Translations under genes and position numbers: made by a program
Source of the DNA: Candidatus Latescibacterota bacterium
GTDB lineage: Bacteria > Latescibacterota > UBA2968 > GCA-2709665
NCBI GenBank assembly: GCA_965219995.1
Contig: CBDCOX010000002.1
Coordinates: forward strand, 1,664,001 to 1,728,000
Direction of reading: 5' to 3'
Length of the DNA stretch: 64,000 nt
Shown: positions 58,021 to 64,000 of the stretch, piece after piece
Numbering within the stretch: the first letter of the stretch is position 1
How the letters are laid out: each line of letters opens with the position of its first letter
Notes under the pieces: generated by a model
What the model saw: only the letters and a program-made list of their open reading frames with translations
Told to the model about the DNA's origin: nothing
The model's database searches: none

Positions 58021-58980
58021 CTAACGTTCGTTGAACGCCGCCACGAAAATCAAGAAGTCCTGGAAGTCGACAGTACCGTCACCATTAAGGTCAAATTGGG
58101 CATCATTCGTGCCGAAGGCACGTGCGAAACTCACAAAGTCGCTGAAATCGACCGTGCCGTCCCCATTAAAGTCTGACCGTTTACCCGTGTCACCCTCGTC
58201 GCCCTCATCACCCTCGTCATTCTCATCGCCCTCATTTTCCTCATCGCCCTCGTCACCCTCGTCACCTTCGTCGCCGTCGTCCTCATCGCCCTCGTCGCCC
58301 TCATCGTCCTCGTTACCCTCGTCACCCTCGTCGTTCTCGTCGCCCTCATCACCCTCATCGCCTTCGTCCCCCTCGTCGCCGTCGTTCTCGTCTCCCTCAT
58401 CGCCCTCGTCGTTCTCATCGCCTTCGTCCCCCTCGTCGTCCTCGTCGCCTTCGTCTCCCTCGTCGTCCTCGTCTTCGTCACCCTCATCACCCTCGTCGTT
58501 CTCGTCGCCCTCATCACCTTCATCACCCTCGTCGTTCTCATCGCCTTCGTCGCCGTTGTCCTCATCGCCCTCGTCGCCCTCATCGTCCTCGTCACCCTCA
58601 TCGCCCTCGTCACCCTCATCGTTCTCGTCGCCCTCATCACCCTCATCGTTTTCGTCACCCTCATTACCCTCGTCGTTCTCATCCCCCTCATCACCCTCAT
58701 CGTTCTCGTCACCCTCGTCGCCCTCGTCGTCCTCATCCCCCTCATCGTTCTCGTCGCCCTCATCATCGTCGTCGTCATCGTCGTCATCGTCACTGGATGC
58801 GCTGATGCTGGAGCTAATGCGTGTGTCTATGCTCCTTTCGCTTCCGAGGAAGGGCGAGGTCCAGTCGTCCATCGGCGTGTCTTGTTCGCTCTGCCCGTAG
58901 GGAGAGGATGGCCGACCCAGTGTCAGTATGATCAGTATGCCCACGAGGGAAATAAACCGCCGCAGATGTCTCATGTCCAT
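58021..58980 (-). CDS. Secreted acidic-repeat protein with C-terminal dockerin/EF-hand-like domain
   Basis: Signal peptide, 201-aa D/E/G/N tract, DFNGDGTVDFSDF...DLNGDGTVDFQDF. Confidence 0.85.
   Translation of the reverse strand: MDMRHLRRFISLVGILIILTLGRPSSPYGQSEQDTPMDDWTSPFLGSERSIDTRISSSISASSDDDDDDDDDDEGDENDEGDEDDEGDEGDENDEGDEGDENDEGNEGDENDEGDEGDENDEGDEGDEGDEDDEGDEGDEDNGDEGDENDEGDEGDEGDENDEGDEGDEDEDDEGDEGDEDDEGDEGDENDEGDEGDENDGDEGDEGDEGDEGDENDEGDEGNEDDEGDEGDEDDGDEGDEGDEGDEENEGDENDEGDEGDEGDTGKRSDFNGDGTVDFSDFVSFARAFGTNDAQFDLNGDGTVDFQDFLIFVAAFNER
58189..58791 (-). repeat. Degenerate 9-bp coding tandem repeat, (G/N/D)-D-E
   Basis: Units such as GGC/GGT/AAC/GAC-GAY-GAR preceded by 10 Asp codons. 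Confidence 0.95.
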
Positions 58981-59013
58981 TTCCGTTCCTGTGAATGCAA
59001 ATAAGCAGGAAAG

Positions 59014-59709
59014 CTACTTCCGCCTCTTCTGAGACAGGTTGAAGCTCACGATAATCCGATCGGCGTTCTTCCCTTTGGCCCTGGATCGATTGGGCGCCAC
59101 GCTATGGTACAGCCAGCTCGGAAAGATCAACATTCTACCGGCCACGGGTTTGTATCGGACTTTCGTCCAGCAGATTCGTGGACGCCTGGTGTCGGGGATG
59201 TATTTGACGGGACTCATCAGGTTCTGGGTGCGCGGGTCGATGAACTCGATTCGACCGGAATTCCTGGGCGCCTGGACGTAGTAGACGCCGCTCCAGATGC
59301 AGCCGGGATGGATGTGAGCCCGGTTCACGCCGCCAGGCGGATTGATGATCGACCACATGGTGCCGATGCTCAGACGATAGGACCTGTGATATCCAAGCTC
59401 GCGGCACATCATGTCCGAGGCCGCGTCGACACATTGAACCAACTCCGTAAACGTAACGTCCTTGTGCAGATTGACGTGGCTGTGCCAGCTCCCCAACTCC
59501 GGGAAGTTCGACTTGGGCACGCCCTTTCCGTCACGTTCCCGTTCAGCGTAGATCGCCTCGGTCAGGCGGGCGTTGAGAATCTCGCTGCCCGGAACTTCCA
59601 GAGAAAAAACGAGCGTAGGAAAATAGCGCTGCACCTTGAGCGCGTCTTCGGAAAGACGAGCCTCCGGGCCGCAGTCTGCGGCCCCATGATTCGGCGTGTC
59701 GCGCGTCAT
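59014..59709 (-). CDS. 2OG-Fe(II) oxygenase, TIGR02466-like
   Basis: FPT, GSWHS, W..IN, H.HPG..WSGVYYV, F.DPR, FPSWLYHSV, RIIVSFN. Confidence 0.88.
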   Translation of the reverse strand: MTRDTPNHGAADCGPEARLSEDALKVQRYFPTLVFSLEVPGSEILNARLTEAIYAERERDGKGVPKSNFPELGSWHSHVNLHKDVTFTELVQCVDAASDMMCRELGYHRSYRLSIGTMWSIINPPGGVNRAHIHPGCIWSGVYYVQAPRNSGRIEFIDPRTQNLMSPVKYIPDTRRPRICWTKVRYKPVAGRMLIFPSWLYHSVAPNRSRAKGKNADRIIVSFNLSQKRRK

Positions 59710-60069
59710 TTTATTTCACCAATGTCACGTACATGATCGTTAGCTGGCTGACATCGCGGTTGCAGGTCAACTCAGACTGTTATCGGCTCGGAAATCAGTA
59801 GCAGCATGAATATAATAATGTTGGCATTTGAATTCAACACACAGAAACCGGCGCCAACCCGGCGTTGCCGCCAATACGAAAAAGACCGGGCAATTCAGGT
59901 CTGGTCTGTAGCGAACGAAGCGAGTGGGCGACTGGAACCCGACATTCCCCTGCTGTTGGAAGTCGATGTGATCCGGTCGGCGCAAAGAAGTGTTTTCCCA
60001 ATGAAGGAGTCGGTGTGTTCTATCGTCAGCAAACCGTGGCCCGGGCTTGTATTCCCGTTGTATCAATGA

Positions 60070-60660
60070 TCAGCGCCCGCGCGTTCGGATGTCCTTGTAC
60101 CACGTCAGTTCCACTTCGTCGAGACCCTCGGTTCGGTAGGCGTAGAGATGGACCTTGCCAAGGCTGGCGCCCATGCGTTCGTAGAAGCGGCAGGCGGCGA
60201 CGTTTATATTCTGGGTTTCGATCTTGAGTTGGGTGCATCCACGATTCCTGGCACAGATTTCCGCTTGTTGGAATAGCGCCTTACCTACACCCCGTCCCCG
60301 GTATTCCGGACTGATGCGAATGTCCCAAAGGCCCGCCAGCTCTTTCCGCCCATCGCAGTAGTCCAACCCGTCAACGTGAAACGCGACGATCGCCCCGCCG
60401 ATTCGCTTTTCCTCCCGGAATGCACCCAGAAAGACCCATTTCGACAGGTCCCACGATCTGCGAGCCCATCGTTCGGGGCCTTCCAGCCCGTCGTAGTCCT
60501 TGACGTACGGCGGATCCACCTTCTCTTCAATGAGCCGTAGGCCGCCCAGCCCGTTCGAGACGACTTCGACACGAAAGCGGCTCTTCACTTCAAAGTCAAT
60601 GGGAACGTAGCCGTATTCGGGAAGAACGTCGGCGGTTTCTTCTTGAATGTGGAATTCCAT
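60070..60660 (-). CDS. GNAT acetyltransferase, streptothricin acetyltransferase-like
   Basis: PYVKDYD, LWDIRISPEYRGRGVG, IETQNINVAACRFY, LTWY. Confidence 0.88.
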   Translation of the reverse strand: MEFHIQEETADVLPEYGYVPIDFEVKSRFRVEVVSNGLGGLRLIEEKVDPPYVKDYDGLEGPERWARRSWDLSKWVFLGAFREEKRIGGAIVAFHVDGLDYCDGRKELAGLWDIRISPEYRGRGVGKALFQQAEICARNRGCTQLKIETQNINVAACRFYERMGASLGKVHLYAYRTEGLDEVELTWYKDIRTRGR

Positions 60661-60920
60661 TGCTGTTTCGGCCTCCTGGATCCCCCGCCTTCAACCGCCT
60701 CCTGGTAGCGTGCGGTCAACACGCTGCCATTCAATCCATCCCATGTAGAAAATCGATCAAGGGGAGAGTTGATCGGAATGCAGTTGGGTCAGTTACCATG
60801 CGTGGGCACTGTGTTCGAACTCGCGGTATCACGTGTCGGCGAGTTGAATCACACATAACCTGTTAATTTCATTGCATTTTTCGGGTACAATGTCTATCTT
60901 CCGTCGTTCGTCTCGTACCC

Positions 60921-62318
60921 ATGATCTCCCGCATTGGTGATATGACCCGAAAAACCGCCGCCGGGCTGATTCTGGCCGTCCTTCTGCCGCTGATCGTCGT
61001 GTTGTATCCGGCCGACATCGGCGCCGTGCCCCGCCTGGCCCTGGCCCTCTCCCTCGCCACGGTCGTACTGTGGACCTTCGAGCCGGTCCCCCTCGAATAC
61101 AGTTCATTGCTGATGATCGTCCTCTTCCCCGTCCTCGGCGTCCTCACGTTCGAAACCGCCTTCGGGCCCTTCTCGAGCAAGACCGTCTGGCTCATCTTCG
61201 CGGGAATGGCCCTCAGCCTGGGCATCACCGAAACCCCCCTGGGAACCCGGCTCTCCCGGCTGGTGCTGGGACATATCCGGAGCCTGAGGGGACTCATCCT
61301 GGCGCTCCATGTCCTGGGCATGCTCTCCGCATTGCTGATACCGTCGGGTGTCGTGCGGATCCTGATCCTCATGCCCCTCATCATCACCCTGCTCCGGACG
61401 CTGGGCGAACCGCCCGGATCTCGAGTGAGTGTCGCGCTGATCCTCTCCCTGGTCTGTTCCACGTACTACGGCGGCACCGGCGTGCTTACGGCCTCCGTGC
61501 CGAGCCTGGTTGTTTTCGGCGTTCTGGAATCCCGGGACATCTCCGTTTACTGGGGTCAGTGGGCGCTGTATCTCTTTCCCGTCTTCTCCCTCTGCCGGGT
61601 CGCGTGCTGTTACGGGCTGATCCGTCTGTTATTGCCGCTTGGACGCGAGTCGGATTTCCAGACTGCACTCGACAACGCCGGCGATATCCCCGATCGCTTC
61701 ACGCCTGCAGAGAAGAAGACCCTTTGCATCCTGCTGGCGGGCGTACTGCTCTGGGCGACCGATGCGCTTCATGGCATCCATCCCGCCTATGTGGGCCTGG
61801 GACTGGTTCTGCTCTGTTATCTTCCCGGATTGGGTCCCCTGCATCCGGACCTGCTGAAAAAGATCAACTTTCCCCTCCTCATCTACATCGCCGCCGCGTT
61901 CTCCGTCGGCCACGCGCTCGAGACCACCGGTTTCAGCCCCCTGCTTGCCAATCTGTTTACAGAATGGCTGAGTCGGGTCGACGGGGGTCTGATCCTCCAA
62001 CTCGGTATGCTCTCAGCCTTCATCCTGCCGTTCAACTTTCTGGCGGACACCGCCGCGGTTGCCGCCATCCTCACCCCGGTGCTCCTGGACGTCGCCGCCC
62101 AGACCGGCATGGCGCCGCTTCCCGCCGCACTCTGCATGGCCATTGTCGCCAGTTGCGGCTTCTTTCCCTACCAGGCGGCGCCTTTCATCCTGGCCTACAG
62201 CTTTCGCTACGTACATATGGGCCAGTTTATCCGGCTCATGGTTCTCCTCGCGCTGGTCTCCCTCCTGCTTCTAATCCCGCTCAACTTCCTCTATTGGCGG
62301 CTCATCGGGCTGATCTGA
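60921..62318 (+). CDS. SLC13/DASS family anion transporter
   Basis: About 12 TM, WLIFAG..L, IPSG..R, TASVPS, PYQAAP. Confidence 0.85.
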   Translation: MISRIGDMTRKTAAGLILAVLLPLIVVLYPADIGAVPRLALALSLATVVLWTFEPVPLEYSSLLMIVLFPVLGVLTFETAFGPFSSKTVWLIFAGMALSLGITETPLGTRLSRLVLGHIRSLRGLILALHVLGMLSALLIPSGVVRILILMPLIITLLRTLGEPPGSRVSVALILSLVCSTYYGGTGVLTASVPSLVVFGVLESRDISVYWGQWALYLFPVFSLCRVACCYGLIRLLLPLGRESDFQTALDNAGDIPDRFTPAEKKTLCILLAGVLLWATDALHGIHPAYVGLGLVLLCYLPGLGPLHPDLLKKINFPLLIYIAAAFSVGHALETTGFSPLLANLFTEWLSRVDGGLILQLGMLSAFILPFNFLADTAAVAAILTPVLLDVAAQTGMAPLPAALCMAIVASCGFFPYQAAPFILAYSFRYVHMGQFIRLMVLLALVSLLLLIPLNFLYWRLIGLI

Positions 62319-62388
62319 AAGCCAGCTCGAAAAACGCCGGTTCCCTCGGCCCCGAAACTGCCAAAACCGGCCAAATTTCCTTTACCGC

Positions 62389-62417
62389 TTGACAAGCCCG
62401 GGATCTTCGGGTACTAT
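62389..62417 (+). promoter_or_regulatory. sigma70-type promoter of iorA
   Basis: TTGACA-17 bp-TACTAT. Confidence 0.75.
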
Positions 62418-62460
62418 CGGTGTTCCGTCTGCAGTCACGTCAATTTCCAATGGAGAAGCC

Positions 62461-64000
62461 ATGATGAATGCATTGCGAATCAATGGCGACACGGCACTGG
62501 CCTGGGGCGCGATCGAGGCAGGCGTCAGTTGCGTAACCGGATATCCCGGATCGCCGGGTACCGGCACCTTTACCGCGCTCGCCGACACCGCGGGCGAATA
62601 CGGTCACGATGCCGAGTGGTGTCTGAACGAACGCATCGCACTCGACGTCGCGGCGGGCGTCTCCCAGGGAGGCCGCCGCGTGCTCGTATGCATGAAGAGC
62701 GTGGGTATGAACGTGGCGCTGGATACCCTCATGGTTCTGAATATGACCGGCGTACACGCCGGACTGGTCATCCTGATGGGCGACGACCCCGGGGCATGGG
62801 GGTCACAGAACGAGCAGGACGGCCGTTTCTTCGCCCCCCTCGCCGAAGTCCCGATGCTCGAACCCGCGACACCGGCGGAGGGCCGGCACATGATGCGCTG
62901 GGCCTTCGACTTCTCGGAATCGTTCCGGACGGTCGTCATCCTTCGCATCACACGGAGCTTCAGCGTGTGCGAGGACGAACAGACGCCCGTCCGCAGGCCC
63001 GCGGCCAGACGGCCGCTGGCGCCCGACAGGGAACCGATGCGCTGGATTTCGTCACTGTCCAACTGCATTCCCAATCACGGCAGGCTCCATCGTAAACTGC
63101 AGGACATCTCGCAGTCGTTCGAGCGTGTGCCCTTCAACCGAATCGAGGGCGCCGGAGATCTGGGCGTCATCGCGTCCGGATTCGTCCACAGCAAACTTCA
63201 GGACGCGCTGGAAGGCGCGGACGCATCGAGACTCGCGTGCCTGAAACTCGGCTCTCTCTACCCGCTGCCGGGGGGCCTGATTTCGGATTTTCTCAAACAG
63301 TGCAGTCAGGTGCTGGTGCTCGAGGAAGTGGACCCGTATCTCGAAGACAGCGTCAAGACCATTGGATACGACGCGGGCGTCACCCCGAAAGTTATCGGCA
63401 AACGCAGCGGCCTTGTCCCCGGAGAAGGTGAACTCTTCCGCTGGCAGATGCAGAACGCGCTGAAGGCGCATCTGCCGGACCTGGCGCCATCGCGCGTTTA
63501 CACCGAGGCAGGCTGGCAGGAGGAAAAGCCGTACCGGAAGTCACACTGCGCCGGCTGCCCCTACAATGACATCCTCGCCGCATTGCGCGAAGAGGCGGCC
63601 GCGCTGGGCCAGAATCCATTCCTCACCGCCGATCCGGGTTGCGTCGTCATCGCCGCCCGGTATCTCGACACCAAGCTGTGTATGGGATCCGCCATCGGCG
63701 CAGCCGTGGGTCTCAGGAAAGCCGGCGTGCGGGAACGCGTTGTCGCCATCACCGGGGACTCGGCTTTCTACCATAGCAGCGTCAACGCATTGATCCACGC
63801 CAGATCAGTCGGCGCCGACGTGCTCCTGGTGGTGCTCGACAACGCGGGCTCGCTCACGACCGGCGGCCAACCCACGCCCGATCGAGGCGTCCCGGTCGCC
63901 GGAAACCCCGGGCCGGTTGTCGGCATCAACGACCTGGCGGCGGCCTGCGGGGTCGGCTCGGTCTGGACGGTCGAAGAATCGGATCCCGAACCTCGGATGC
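62461..64000 (+). CDS. iorA: Indolepyruvate ferredoxin oxidoreductase alpha subunit, runs off the window
   Basis: Not in the ORF track; translates as NGDTALAWGAIEAG..VTGYPGSPGT, NERIAL, MKSVGMNVALD, GDDPG...SQNEQD, HCAGCP, GDSAFYHS, LDN. Confidence 0.9.
   Translation, partial: MMNALRINGDTALAWGAIEAGVSCVTGYPGSPGTGTFTALADTAGEYGHDAEWCLNERIALDVAAGVSQGGRRVLVCMKSVGMNVALDTLMVLNMTGVHAGLVILMGDDPGAWGSQNEQDGRFFAPLAEVPMLEPATPAEGRHMMRWAFDFSESFRTVVILRITRSFSVCEDEQTPVRRPAARRPLAPDREPMRWISSLSNCIPNHGRLHRKLQDISQSFERVPFNRIEGAGDLGVIASGFVHSKLQDALEGADASRLACLKLGSLYPLPGGLISDFLKQCSQVLVLEEVDPYLEDSVKTIGYDAGVTPKVIGKRSGLVPGEGELFRWQMQNALKAHLPDLAPSRVYTEAGWQEEKPYRKSHCAGCPYNDILAALREEAAALGQNPFLTADPGCVVIAARYLDTKLCMGSAIGAAVGLRKAGVRERVVAITGDSAFYHSSVNALIHARSVGADVLLVVLDNAGSLTTGGQPTPDRGVPVAGNPGPVVGINDLAAACGVGSVWTVEESDPEPRM

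Noticed and set aside
58189-58791. Possible CRISPR array
   Set aside because: 9-bp degenerate coding units with no unique spacers and no cas genes
58031-58900. Ser/Pro-rich + strand ORF and Met/Thr/Arg-rich alternative - frame
   Set aside because: Shadows of the acidic repeat; only the D/E frame has a signal peptide and a recognisable C-terminal domain
59767-60069. 87-aa (+) and 99-aa (-) ORFs, and an attC-like GCGAACGAAGCGAG string
   Set aside because: No RBS or family signal, atypical composition, no attC core sites or integrase
19918-60660. Resistance island from IleRS2, RPH-like and Sat-like genes
   Set aside because: Genes are far apart, ileS is in housekeeping synteny, and substrates cannot be assigned from motifs

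Overview
Gene-dense, GC-rich bacterial chromosome segment. A C-terminal DFNGDGTVDF dockerin-like domain and the enzyme repertoire suggest an FCB-group or Latescibacterota-like organism (inference). 0.2-15.7 kb (- strand): one respiratory gene cluster with Rieske protein, split b6-type cytochrome b, a 1017-aa octaheme cytochrome c, a cupredoxin-like protein, A1-type cytochrome c oxidase (II, I, III, IV), heme a/o synthases, an ABC transporter and SCO. It is followed by a HEAT-repeat protein and a divergent 2x[4Fe-4S] protein that shares a 27-aa N-terminal motif with the Rieske protein. 18-26 kb: housekeeping run yggS-yggT-mtnP-NUDIX-ileS-dksA-like-lspA-rluD. 26-45 kb: accessory catabolic and modifying enzymes (RPH-like phosphotransferase, UxuA-like, DHDPS-like, transglutaminase-like, DMFase-beta-like, amidase, oxidoreductases, glycosyltransferases). 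46-64 kb: ferritin, a sigma70 gene behind a ~470-nt highly structured leader, gcvPA/PB, three tandem SDRs, a probably leaderless HigBA-type TA pair, GNATs, a beta-propeller, a secreted protein with a 201-aa acidic (G/N/D)-D-E repeat next to a 2OG-Fe(II) oxygenase, a DASS transporter and a truncated iorA. No rRNA, tRNA, CRISPR array or transposase was seen. All calls come from reading motifs by eye; no database search was run.
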